Assembly (NCBI RefSeq): GCF_009834535.1
Contig: NC_045697.1
Span: 105,278,001-105,342,000, forward strand
Reading direction: 5' to 3'
Source of the DNA: Camelus ferus
Lineage: Eukaryota
Length of the DNA stretch: 64,000 bases
Positions 50,736 through 63,264 of the stretch are shown here, in pieces. The position numbers were made by a program, and so were the translations under genes. Numbering within the stretch: the stretch's first letter is position 1; each line of letters starts with the position of its first letter. The notes beneath the pieces are model-generated. The model did no database searches, was not told the origin of the DNA, and saw only the letters and a list, made by a program, of their open reading frames with translations.

Positions 50736-53613
50736 TTTAAAATGTTCATCTATAACACTATGCCTCGATTATTTTTAATCATTACTTTTCACTTATGCAA
50801 AATCACCAACATGTGACGCAATAATAGTTCATATTGTTTGTGACTATATAGGAATGTGGTTAAAGATAAAATGTGTGGTAGGAAGGGACACACCAGTAGA
50901 GTGGTGACATCTGGGAAAGGAGGAAGGAAATGTGATTACGAATCCTATAATTATACATTCCTTTTTAAAAAAAAGGAATTTGTAGTAAATATGCAAAACG
51001 TTGACAATTAAACTGGAGAGACAATTTTGTTAGCTTGCTTGATTATTTTCTAGTCTCTTTGGTACGGGAAGAAAAAGTCTTGGGGTAAAATGAAAAATGA
51101 CCAAATGGGATGTGAGGTTAGGTAAGAAGTGTCAGACTAAAGTAAGAATTTACATATTCAGGAAGAGAGGCAAGGAGGGGATTTGGAAGGGTCAAAGAGC
51201 AGGGCCAGACTCACCCGAAAAGAGGACAAGGTAGGATAGTCTAGGGAGACAGTACACTACAGGGACTGTGTCCGTGGAAAACACAACAAGGTCCCATTCA
51301 AGTAGACGCTGTTTACTGGGTGACGTGTGGCCCCAGAATTGAGTACTGTATATATCAGCTTACTATGAACCAAATAGGAAGATGCTTGATTTGCTGCATA
51401 AAATGAACCTTAAATACAGAGGAAACCACTGAAATAATGGTAGGAACGACAATACTGAACTGAGATTCTGACAGCACAAAAAAATTGTTATAAAATACAG
51501 CTTACCTATAAAAGTAAAAAACCATGCCTGCTTGTAATATGACTTTTAAGAGTGAAGTCAGGAATTTATTTTATCTGGTACACACAGTAATTTGCTATAA
51601 AGCTTTATGAAACAGCTAAAATAATGCTACCGCCAGAAACCAATTGTTGCTAAAACGCATTCAGTTAAAATGGAAAATACAGGGAAATAAAACACTGTAA
51701 TTGTCTCTCAACCCACATCGTATATTATGTAGCTAAATTATATACTATTATATTGTCTACATTTTAATAAGCTTTCCCAGAGAGGAATTGATAACATAAG
51801 GAAATGATTCTCAGCTTTTATTTCTGAAGACCTAAATAATATCCCACACGTATTTATAAACCAAACAGGGCCTCGGCCTCTCATTAGATCCCAAACCTTA
51901 TAAACTCTGCTTCACAAAACCACAACATGTAATAATACATGAAAGAGCTAACACAAATGGTTTTCGGTTCTACTTCTTACTTGGATTCACAGTTGGGGAC
52001 TTACCTATTCAAAGTGAGCTATTATGATACATAAGAAAAAAAAATCAAGGTTTCCTTAATTTTTGAAAATCTTTTAATAGTGTGCTGTATAATTTGTACA
52101 AATATTGTCTTTGGCCTTGATAATATTTTATTTAAACTTGTCCATCCACTAGTTCGTGCAAGTGGAGACCTCCCCAAAAAGATGAATTTCATGGCCCTGA
52201 CCCAAATGCAGCAGGATGTTGACAAACTATGTAAGTAATATGTCCAGTACTTAAATAAAAGGTCAAATGTCTCCTTTAACCTATGTAAGAATTTTCAAAA
52301 TAATAAATCACCATAATTAATAAAGTGGTAGAAAACCTTTGGGGAAGTTTAAGAAATTTACTTATCTCTAGACAGTGAATAATTTTCTAAACACAAAGTT
52401 AATAATAAAATACCAGGTGCTCGGTTTAAACAGAGAAATTTGCAGCAGTATTTCCAAGGCCTGAAAAGAATCTGATTAGCCAAATATACTGAATGCACAC
52501 AGCTTCTAAGATCTTGATGGGACAAATAAGATGCATTTACTAAATATTAACAGTAAAACTTCAATCAAAAGAGAGATTTTGGTAGAAATTTTAAAGAAAC
52601 TGCTTTATAACTCTTTTCAGGTCATAGTCAGATTTTCTATGAATACCGAAAAGTATGAAATAGGAAAGAAAATAACATGCTTACCCCCTTCTAACGTTCA
52701 GACGTCACTGAATTCATTCCAGAAACTAACATGTTTCTGAAATGTTTGCTATCAGCAAGATCTGTGTTTTCCCAGTTGACTTCGAGAGAAGCTAGCAGGA
52801 CCTCTCTCTCAGGGGGTTTACAATGCACTGTAACTTCCTTCTTCCCCTGTGCTCACTGAGGGCAGGCCTGTCTGGCCAGTGTCCCCAGGATGCAGCCCAG
52901 CACCTGCTTATGGCTCTGTGGGTGTGTGCCACACAGACGCAGAAGACCAGGCTAACAAAATTGAGCTAAGGCAGGTCAGGGAAAACAAAGCTGCCCTTCA
53001 AACACAGTTCTTCCAAAAGAAACTCAAATAAGCACTGATCATATCTAACACTATAAAATGTCATTATGGTCAAGTAAAAGTATTTCACTCAAATTAAATG
53101 ATAAAAAAGAAGCTGCTTTCTGAGACACAGGGAAGAGGGCAGATACAGTCTCTGTGTTTCCTCATCCCTTTAATGTAATTTAAGGCTGTACCTTCATTTC
53201 AAGGTACATGATACTATCTCCATAGCATCTTCTACAGATAATCAGGTATTAATGTTCACAATTCTCTCCCATCTCTATAAAGGTATCTTCCAACAGGTAG
53301 AGATTCAGGTGCTAGTGAAAGGATCACTACTAAAATTTATTGCTTCTATTTGAGTTTCCTGTAAATAGAATACCCCTGAAGCAGTAATAAATGCTGACAT
53401 TTTGGTTGTTGGTTTTTTAATATGGAGAAGGTAGACAAAATGAAATTTCCCAGCCATTCATTAATTTCCCTATCTTAGTGTCATCATAGAAGTTATGAGA
53501 AAAAAGTGAAATAAATGGGAAAGCACCTGACTTTTTTTTTTTAATCAAGAAATAAGTAAAGTCCAGTCATTTCTCAATTATTCAATATTATTCAAATTTG
53601 CAGGGACTTTGAG

Positions 53614-53790
53614 TCAGTGGTTCTTCCTGATGGGGGGATAAAAGAGTCATGTGTGAAGCTGCATGAGCACACATGTGCCCAGGCCCTGCTTCCCAGTGAA
53701 TCCAATTCAAAGGATCTGAGGTGATGCCCTGGAATCTGCAGTTTTAAAAGCAGTTGATTTTTCCAAAGCCCTGGCTGAGGACGAGCCGTG
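53614..53790. mobile_element. MER5-like hAT-Charlie element
   Basis: CAGTGGTTCTT..TGCCCAGGCCC..GGATCTGAGGTGATGCCCTGGAATCTGCAGTTTTAA. Confidence 0.6.
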
Positions 53791-54144
53791 AATTCACAGG
53801 CATTTTCAAATGCCTTAGAATCCAGGGGCAGAGTCTGAACCAGTGGAGAGGCAGTGGTGGGGACGGTGACAAACTGGAAAAGACGCCCCCAACTTAGCTC
53901 CAGCTCCCTGGGAGCTTGCAGATGCGAGTCTGGTATTACCAAGGGCTTCCACTTTGTTAGAGAAAAGACAGGATTCAGGATTCTGTTTAATGTAAAAATC
54001 CCTTGAGTTTTAAATGTTGAAACATGCCAATAGTCACACAGAGGCCCTGGCAGTCAGCCTGTGATCCCAGGTTTAGAAGATCAACAGTATTGAATAATTT
54101 TTGCTCCTCCACAAGAATGCTCAGAGATATGCAATATTTGAGAG

Positions 54145-54656
54145 GGGAGGGATTTGTAAAAACATGGCCACAGTATTTTGCAGCGCTTTCCACTAAGCAA
54201 CAGGGGCTACTTCCCGACCTCTTGGTTGGGCTGGCCGTGCGACTCATTTTGACCATTAGAACACAGCAAAGTGACACCGTGTGTGTCGGCAGAGCTGGGG
54301 CCTGACGGGGTCTTGCAGTCTCCGTCCTTCCCGTCTCTGAACACTTTGCCTGCCGGGCACGGGACCCCGGGACAGGTTACCAGATGATGAGAGACACCCC
54401 CAACCCCGGTGGGGAGAAAGGCCTGCCAGATACCCAGCACCAAGCCCCCCTCCCCCCACGTGGGTGAGGCCGCCTTCAGCTCCCCAGCCCCGGTCAGGTA
54501 AGCCATTGGATGACCACAGCCACCTGAGTGGGAGCAGCTAAGACCAGAAAACTGGGCAGCCAAGCCCACCCAAAATGCAGAATTGTGAGCAAACAGCTAT
54601 TGTTTTCATCACTAAGCTTGGGGAGGTTGATTCAGCAGAAATAGAAAACCGATACA
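54145..54656 (+). mobile_element. MLT1 (MaLR) solo LTR, MLT1G/H-like
   Basis: AACATGGCCACA..GGGCTGGCCGTGCGACTCATTTTGACCATTAGA..CAGAATTGTGAGCAAA..TTGTTTTCATCACTAAG..CAGAAATAGAAAACCGATACA. Confidence 0.75.
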
Positions 54657-54871
54657 GACACTGCCCTGAAAGCCGAGTGCTGCCTTAATAAAACTCGACA
54701 ATGAAAACACAATCAAAACTGGAAACACGTGGAGTCAGTTTTCGGACTGGGTGGTGGACGGCAGCAAGGGAAATAATAAAGAGGTAATTAACGACGGGAA
54801 AACAGCAGCCTGTGGTGGCAAAATAACTGGCGGCATTTCTGCCTGCGATAACTCGGATGATAAAAAGGTAC

Positions 54872-54943
54872 CTAATGAACTTGTTGATCTGGCCAAGAAG
54901 ATCTCGAGAAAGAATGCTGAAAATATCACTTGGTTTCCTCAAG
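54872..54943 (-). other. Candidate 72-nt internal exon (phase 2, LRKPSDIFSILSRDLLGQINKFI)
   Basis: Strong tract ctctcctttttccccctctgtgcctttatcag but weak donor TAG|gtacct. Length is 3n and only one frame is open. Confidence 0.2.
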
Positions 54944-55306
54944 CTGATAAAGGCACAGAGGGGGAAAAAGGAGAGCTAAATATGGCATTGTTCAGTCTGC
55001 AAGCAGAATGCAGGAGGAAAACAGAGAGCTAGGATTTGGTGGGGTGGAAATAAACCTGTCTCACCCTCAAGAGTTCTCAATATGATAGATAATCAGTATG
55101 ACTGTGTTTTTTCTTTTCACCCTGTTTATAAATAAACAGAATGGTCATTCTTTAACATTTCCCCTGATCTAAAAAAAAGATGTCAAAATATAACCTAGGA
55201 CATATACACAGGCACACATCATCCCCGAACCCAGATAACCTAAAAGAAAAAAATAAGGGCAAAGTTCTGTTCAACACATAAATTTATCCCCACTTCTGGA
55301 AGGGGG

Positions 55307-55342
55307 GTGTGTGTGCGTGCGTGCGCGCACACACGCACGCAC
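55307..55342. repeat. Alternating purine-pyrimidine (GT/GC/AC) tract
   Basis: GTGTGTGTGCGTGCGTGCGCGCACACACGCACGCAC. Confidence 0.85.
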
Positions 55343-57879
55343 TTGTATGCACACAGGTGCACACTGGCAGGGGTTGGGGGGTCAGAGTATATGACACTTG
55401 AAAACAAAGAGGATATGTACATAAATGTATCTGCATATGTGTGTGTAGATAAAATGTTTTTCTACTAGTTATTTAAAATATTGTTTTATACTAAGATAAA
55501 TGTGAATATACTATGTACAGATTCTAAATTGGCACTACTTTTTTTAAGATAAAATGTAAAACTCCATGGAACTTTTTTTCTTGTAGCTCATGGCCTGGGA
55601 TATACCCCTAAATCCTCTACGGTGGGCACTTCTCTTCTACCACATGACGGGGTACTTGGTGGAAAAGATGGAGCAGCAGCGGGTGAGATAAGCCCCCCAG
55701 CTGAGTCCTCACATCCCAAGTTTTGGAAACTTGGTATCAGTTAAAGATCCTGCCGAGGTTGGGGGGGAGTGGCAACAAGGAGTTGTGGGATGACAGCTGT
55801 GCCACAGGGGCTGTCCCAGCCCCCTCCCCCCCACAGATGCATTTCTCAAAAGAAAAGGACTGAAGTCAATAGCAGAAGAATTATGAAAAGCAGGCCTCTG
55901 TAATGAGCCAAAATGCAAGTGCCGAAAGCACTCCTGCGCAGTGAGACTCAGTCAGGCTCTTACTTAAGAGCTTATTTGTCCTCACGGTACAGGATGCTGA
56001 ACTGGACTCAAGCACCTTTTCCAGACTCATGGCAAAAGCTAAAAAGGTATTTAGGATGAGCTCCACGTGCCAGGCAAGATTACAGCCCCCAACAGTAAGC
56101 AGTGACAGCAGTCTGAGGTCACTGATTTCGACGGCAAAGTACACGAAATCTATCTGCTGGTACTAAGGGCTTCCTATTTGGGTGTAAGAGTTTCATTCAT
56201 TCAACTAAAACAGCAGACCCCGTGCCACGCCAGGGGTTCACCCCGAACGATGCTAACCCTGCCCTCAGAGTACTTACTAGCAGGCAGGGTGGTAGTCAGA
56301 TCAGGGGTAAGGCGTTCTAGTACATTTACAAGAGCAACTAAGCTCCCAAGGAGCTTAAAATAAACCAGAGTCTGATCATTCATCAAGGAAAGGTTCTTGC
56401 TCAGTGCAATCTATTTAAGAAGACAGGAAAACGGGCAATTTATTTTAGACAGACTTCGATTCCAAATGTCTAAAACAAAACAGTCTTGAATTTTAAGCAA
56501 ACGCTCAGCTCTCTGGAACAATCCCAACGCCAAAGTTGTACTGAACATATCATATGCAATATTTCACGATACATCATATAAATATGAAGCAGCACATAAA
56601 ATAAATTACATATAAAAACAGAGACTAAACACTCATATGTTAGTACTTACGAGTAATAAAACTTGAAATGGTTATGTTTTCCCTGGGGCAGAGTTTCTTC
56701 ATTTTTATCCATTAAAAGTTCAAGGCAATTTGTCAAAAATTTATATCCAGCCATTCTGTATACATCTAAATTACCCTCAACATTGTATAACTAAGCACCT
56801 CTCACTAACAGACTTGAGAAAAATAACTGAAGCCTTACTTGGATTTAATTGCAAAAAAAAGAAAAAGATTATTTTCCTTCCACAGTTAACGGAGTAAGTT
56901 GATGGGAAGTTTCATTAAACTATAAAAAAGGAAGCATAACTCTCATACCATAAATTTGGTATTTTTCAACCTAAATGATAACATAGGACAAAAACGTCTA
57001 AGTCTCTGGAAACAGGTTTCCATAGAACCACCTCCTTAGGAAACACTGTAGGCACTAAAAAATATTTTTAATTTATTTAGAAATCACACAATAGCTCATT
57101 TGAAGGTGTTCCATAGAGTAAAATTTAGTCTTGATTAGCTGAAAACTTAATATACTCTAATGAACTTTGAATAATTTTAAAGCAATTTTTAATCTTTTCA
57201 TTAACTTTCTAAACTTTTCCTTACAACATAAATACATTACAAAAGAGAATGTAGTTCTCCCTAGTCCCTACTTCTGCATATAAAAGACAACTCATTTATA
57301 GAAGTTGATGGGTTTTGTTTTTCCCTGTTAGGCCTCTAAGAACCCTTCTTTTTGAGGGATTCAAAGGTTTGAAGTGTTAAATATAAACTACCATTTACAA
57401 ATGCGCCCTGGAAGTTCCAGTATCCACCCACATGTACCCTATGAAATTTATAGTTTGAACAGCTCCTTTGCTATTTTACCGCATGGACTATAAACCACGT
57501 TCCAAAGCCCCGCTTCTCCCTGAATATCCCTCCTGGAAGCCACGGCTGGAAATACCAACGGGGACCAGCCCCCACCAAGTCCCCCGAGGCCTGCCCGCCA
57601 GGCGGAGCCCAGCAGCCCCTCTCCTGACCCGGGCGGCTACGGGCTTTCCTCAGGATCCCATTCCAGGCAGCCCTGTGCGGTGAAAATATGAAAGCTCTTG
57701 GAGCCAGAGGGTCCTGGGTCCTGATCCTGGCTCTGCCACCGAAGATGTACATGGCCTGGGCCAGTCAGGTCAGGTCTGGGCAGTGGGCCACAAGCTCAGA
57801 CATGCTACTGAGACATACTGGTCACACCTTTGGCCACATTATGTGACCTAACCTAAGGTTTAACTGTTCTAAATTCAGA

Positions 57880-57980
57880 CATGAGAAAAACAGACTCAAA
57901 AAGTTAAATAATCTGCCCAGAGCCGCACAGGTAGCAAGGAATCGTGCTGGGATGAGAGGTCAAACTCCCGATTCCTCCAG
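57880..57980 (-). mobile_element. MIR relic
   Basis: ATGAGAAAAACAGACTCAAAAAGTTAAATAATCTGCCCAGAGCCGCACAGGTAG. Confidence 0.6.
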
Positions 57981-58148
57981 ATGAGGCATATTTCCTGAAT
58001 ATGCCACGTGTAACAGCCGTATCTCCGTAAAGACAGAGAATCCCTGCTCTCGTGGTGTTTACACTTTATTAGGGAGACAAGCAGTTAAGAACTTCACAAT
58101 GATCACCAACTATGATAAGTTAAGAGAGACACACACATAGGGTGGGAT

Positions 58149-58225
58149 AGAGAGTGAGTGAGAGAGAGAGAGAGTGTGCACGTGCGTGTGTGTGTGCGTG
58201 CGTGTGTCTGTCTGTCTGTCTGTCT
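58149..58225 (+). repeat. Compound microsatellite (GA)n-(TG/CG)n-(TGTC)n within an L2 relic
   Basis: Read directly from the sequence. Confidence 0.9.
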
Positions 58226-61200
58226 GGAGGAGGCTGAGGAGTTTGGAGTGTGTTTGGGGAAGGTCTTTTACGAGGGGGTGGGTTGAGCCAGTCTGAGAAG
58301 ATGTGAAGCAGCTGCAGGAAAAGACAGGGGAAGAGCGTTCTAGGAAGAGAGAACAAATATGTGTGAGGATGGCAAAGATAAGCCATCTCCTCTTATCTCT
58401 CCACGGTTATTCTCACCACGCTGCCCAGCTCAAACCCCACGCTGCAGTCTTCCATCCAGGACCACTTCCAGTTCCTTAAAACAGCCTGCCCACTCTCCCC
58501 ACTGAGCTGTGTGTAACTGTCTTGGGATGACTATTTATACTCAGCATACATGCAAGATTATTCTGCTGTTGGTTGTAGTGAACACTGACTGTACTTGCAT
58601 GAGCTTTATCATTATGTTAAAATGGCAACACACTATTCCACTGAATGCCATGCCATAATTTACTATGTTATTATTCACTTACTTTTTAATACCAAACCTT
58701 GTATTTTTCAAGTATGGAACTATTCAAAATGGGGCTCGGTGTCAGGCCATAAGCAACTGTTTAATCTTAGCCCAGAGGAGTGGTCGGTGTTCCACGTATA
58801 GTACCAAGCCTTATGAACAGCAGACCACAATTACCTTCTGGGTTTTGAATACCTGATAAACTGCCAAACTACATGACGTTTCAGTAATTATTCTGAGCTA
58901 GGAATAACTGGAGATGGAAAAGGAGGAGCTAATCAAGGTAAAGCTGTTAATAGCAAAGCCATCTATTTAATAAGAGAAACATCACCAGTAATCTACATCA
59001 CAGCAGATGATAAGTGAATATGAACTATTTGGCCGGGACACTGTTATCTTCAAATCAATAAGCTGATATTTACTGGGTTTCCGGTTTTGTGGTAGACATA
59101 AAATTCACATGAAGTGTCTGGTAGGGAGGCACCTCAGAGACTAAAGTAGAGATCCTAAGTCACTGGACTCGTCTTGAGTAAGATTTCCTAAATTTGCAAT
59201 TAGAAAGTATCTTCAAAAGTTATACTAGTTTTGTGTATGGACACACACAAAATCACTATATAAATCTTTGAGGTCACAGAGCTATATCTTTATTTCAATG
59301 TCCATAGTACCCATTTGGCAAATGATAAGCATTCAATAAATATTTATTTTATGAAGGAATACATGCCTCAAATCTATTTCTTTTGAAGTTTTGAAGACTG
59401 AAACACATATACAATGGAAAACAAAACAGGCTTAACAGGCCTTCCTGACATGGAAATAAGTCCAAAATTTACCAATAACTTAAAAATGGTAGTTGCAGAC
59501 AAACAAGTAACTGGTAAAAAAACGTTGAGAAATCTCTGAAAGGTTATATACCAAATAGTGGCTCTTTTAATTTTGAGGGGGATTTTTCGGTAGTGGGGAG
59601 CAATAGGGAACTTTCTACTCTATATAATTTTTCAGTTATTTCATGTATATATTTGTATGTATGTTTATACATACATATATACAGATTTTAAAAATATAAT
59701 CTATAATAAAGCACTTGAAATAATTTTTAATCACTTGAGGAAGCTAAAAGAAAAAATGAGTATCACGCAAAGAGTTTAATCACAAAATTGAAATCACAAA
59801 AATGATCTATAGTACGAAATCCTTAGACTTCCTCTCTCATTTTACTATAAAGCTTCAACTGCATACATAGTTCAGTAAATTACTATTTTAGATCCAAGTA
59901 AGATAGTGGATGCTGAAAAGCAAAGCCAAAGAGGTCTCTCTATTCCACCAGCTCTTAATTCTTTATACTCTTTTATGGTCTGCTTTCCATTTACTGGGTA
60001 ATAATACCATTATGGATTAAATCCCTCCTGGCTCTAAAAGGGAAATCTTCCGTTAGAAAGTAGGCAGGTGCTGAAAGCAAGGTGATCAGGCCCAAAGGAA
60101 AATAGAAATTTAGGGAGATGTTCTATTTTTTACTGACTGGGGAAAAAAAATATCTCCTTCTGGTGGATTTCAACATCTGCCCTCTCTATATGATGTCACT
60201 CAATTTTATGTCAGAATATTCTTTAGAAATTACTCTCATTCTTCAAGAAACACACTTTTATGAAGAGCCAGATACTGGCTGCAAACTGAGGCCGTGAAAT
60301 TAAGACAAACTTTTTACTGTACTAGGTTTGATCACAGTAGTTTGCAAATATAAATGTTCTAAATAATATGGAGTAGAAAGCAAGCAGCAGTGTAGAAGTT
60401 CAAGACTAAAAATATGAGCACTTTTAATACCTCCTCTGATAACCAGTTTCTTTATGTTTTAAGTGAAGGTATATTTTCTGAAGTCTTTTCAAACGCCAAA
60501 ACATTGCAAGTTCTCTTTCATATACTTTCTATGTTAAATGTATATCAAAAGGAGGCCAGTGATCATTTGTTAAGCTTATATACTTTCACATTCTACAACA
60601 CACTTTACATCTTTATTTGTCTACTCTTTTTGGTTAAGTATCATCCTCATTTCTTGGGTGGACAGCCAAGAGTCAAAGTACTTACATATTTTGCTCAGGC
60701 TCAGAAAGCTGGGTCAGATTTTAAATTCAAATATATTTGATTTCAAAAATCTGTAATTCTGATGCTTTCAACTTGCAACTATTTTGTCAAATATAAATTC
60801 ATGTCTAATTTGTCTTCATTTTATAGCTCAGGCTTAAAACCTGGTATAGCTGCATAAAATAACTGAAAACTCGAGTTTGTATTTCAAAACAGAAATTATT
60901 CACTGATTATTGACATTAGATAATATTTTTCTCTAGGATTCCAAAGAATTTAAAATTAAATTCTTCTGAATAAACTTGAAATATGACATATGGAACTTAA
61001 GTTCACAAAAGAGGACTAAGAACACATTTATTAAATGAGGTAGACTAATATTAAACAGTCCAAATTTTGCTATTGCCCAAAGATTATCTCAAGGATCCCA
61101 GAGCCTTTGTTTTGTATTTTGTTTGGTGGGAGGGCATGTGGAAGGGAAGTATCTGTGGACAAAAATGCATAGAGAAAATACTTCAGATCTCCAGCCACGC

Positions 61201-62149
61201 ATAAGTATGACACTAGCATAATGCTGTTAATTTCAAGAAATCATTTTCTAACACTTATGATCTACCATCTCACCTAGAAATTCAAATTCAAACTAATATA
61301 CATGGATCTTGATGAATTTTTGGAAGGAAAATGATAACATGATTCTAAAACATAATACCAAAGCATAAAAAATAATAAAAAAGGAGAGAATGTACTTAGG
61401 GGCATATTTTCAGTAAATGATGAAAGTCTATGTAATGTTTTTCACTCACATTCACAATTATTTGCAATATTTCCTTCTCAGAATGTTACCTGAAGGAAAA
61501 AATTCTAATCAAATTGAACTGACTGAAAATAACCAGAAATAAAAGCATATATTTAGCAGAATCTTCTAAGCTTATCAACTAAAATGCATATGAGGAATTA
61601 AATGGTTCCAAATACATGTATTGGATTTTTTTTTTTTTTAGCAAATTGTTTCTGGATACAAAGTCAATGAACTGTTAAGTTTCAAATCTTTTATATTCTT
61701 GGAGATTAATTTCTAATAAGTTAGTAATGTTTTAGAAATTGTCTTCTGCACATATAATATCCAAAACCCAAAACAGACTTATTTTTGCTTAAAGAAAACT
61801 CAGCACATGGAAATAACAAATCATATCAATGACAATTTGACATGCAATATGCCTTTGATAGAGAGATACACTACTGTCACCACAAGGCTACATGAGGACC
61901 ATGACCTACAGCCGACACCCTTCTCTCCTCAAACTCCCAACAGTGAAAGTATCCTACAAATCTTTCACCAACTACACGCGCAGCACACATACACACACAA
62001 ACTGGAACCAGGCAAGGGAGAGTCGACTCAAGACAGACCTGTCCACCACCAGCAGCCACAGCACCCCATCAGCTCTTCCTACGGACACATTCACAACAGA
62101 GGCGCAAAGCAAAGGCTTCAATTATTTCTTCCCCGGAGAGGGACTTCAT

Positions 62150-62628
62150 TTTTTTTCAATCAAAGTATAATGACTTAAAATATTATATTAGTTTCAGGTG
62201 TACAACACAGTGACGGATATTTGTATACATTACAAAATGATCACAATAAGTCTAATAAACATCTGTCACTATACAAAGTCATTACAGTATCAGCAACTCT
62301 GTTCCCTATGCTGTGCTTTGCATCCGTACTTTACCTCTTAACTCGCTTTACCATTTCACCCATAACCCCGCCCCTCTCCTCTCTGATGACCACTAGTTTG
62401 TTCTCTGGATCTACAATCCTGTTTCTGTTTAATTGTTCGTTGATTTATTTTTTTAGATTTCACATGTAAGTGAAAGCATAAATATTTGATTTTTCTCTGA
62501 CTTATTTCACATAGCATAATACCTTCTAGGTGCATCCACGTTGCCACAAGTGGCAAGATTTTACTATTTTTATGGCCAAGTAATATTCCATCACGTGTAT
62601 GTGTGTGTTTGTGTATACACACACACAT
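62150..62628 (-). mobile_element. LINE-1 3' end (L1MA9-like)
   Basis: TATTATATTAGTTTCAGGTGTACAACACAGTGA..AAATGATCACAATAAGTCTA..TAGATTTCACATGTAAGTGA. ORF 62356-62628 gives KILPLVATWMHLEGIMLCEISQ. Confidence 0.9.
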
Positions 62629-63029
62629 TTCTTAAGCGGGATTTCACTTCTGGCATTACCAAGTTTAAGAAAATTCCCACTGCAATGAAATACTGACTAG
62701 TTCTTGAACTAGTTACAACTGGACTTTACCTACACTAAGAAGACTCTGCCTCTTTCCAGCAAAGTTTGAATGCTCTGTATTAACAAAAATTTGAGAGACC
62801 TTTGGAATTCCAAAGCATCTTACAAATGCAAGGTTTCTCATGGGAAGTTAGAGACGGTCTTTAAAGGGAAGCTCCTGCTTCATACAAGGGCAGGCCGTGA
62901 GGCACCTGTGTGCACATCTGCCGGTATAACAGCTGCCCAACAGGTGCCAAGTCCCCCAGCCCCTGGCAGCCCTTGTCGCTACTCTCCAGCTCCGAGGTTT
63001 CTGACTTCCAAATGCTAATAATCACAGTA

Positions 63030-63227
63030 AGAGAAGAACGTGCAAGAGAGACAAAGTGCTGTCCTCATGTGGCATGTGTCCTAGAAGGGAGGACAGTGAA
63101 ACAAGTAATACAAAATGACCAAACAGTGGTAGGACTGAGAATCATAGTACTGATAACATATATGCTTGATAGAGAAGCAATAAGATACAGAAGGAGAACT
63201 GAAGGTCACAGAGTCTGGAACACCTTC

Positions 63228-63264
<37 letters not shown>

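Noticed and set aside
675..62628. Orientation bias of L1 insertions as evidence for gene strand
   Set aside because: Roughly 11 minus versus 8 plus by my count, too even to be informative.
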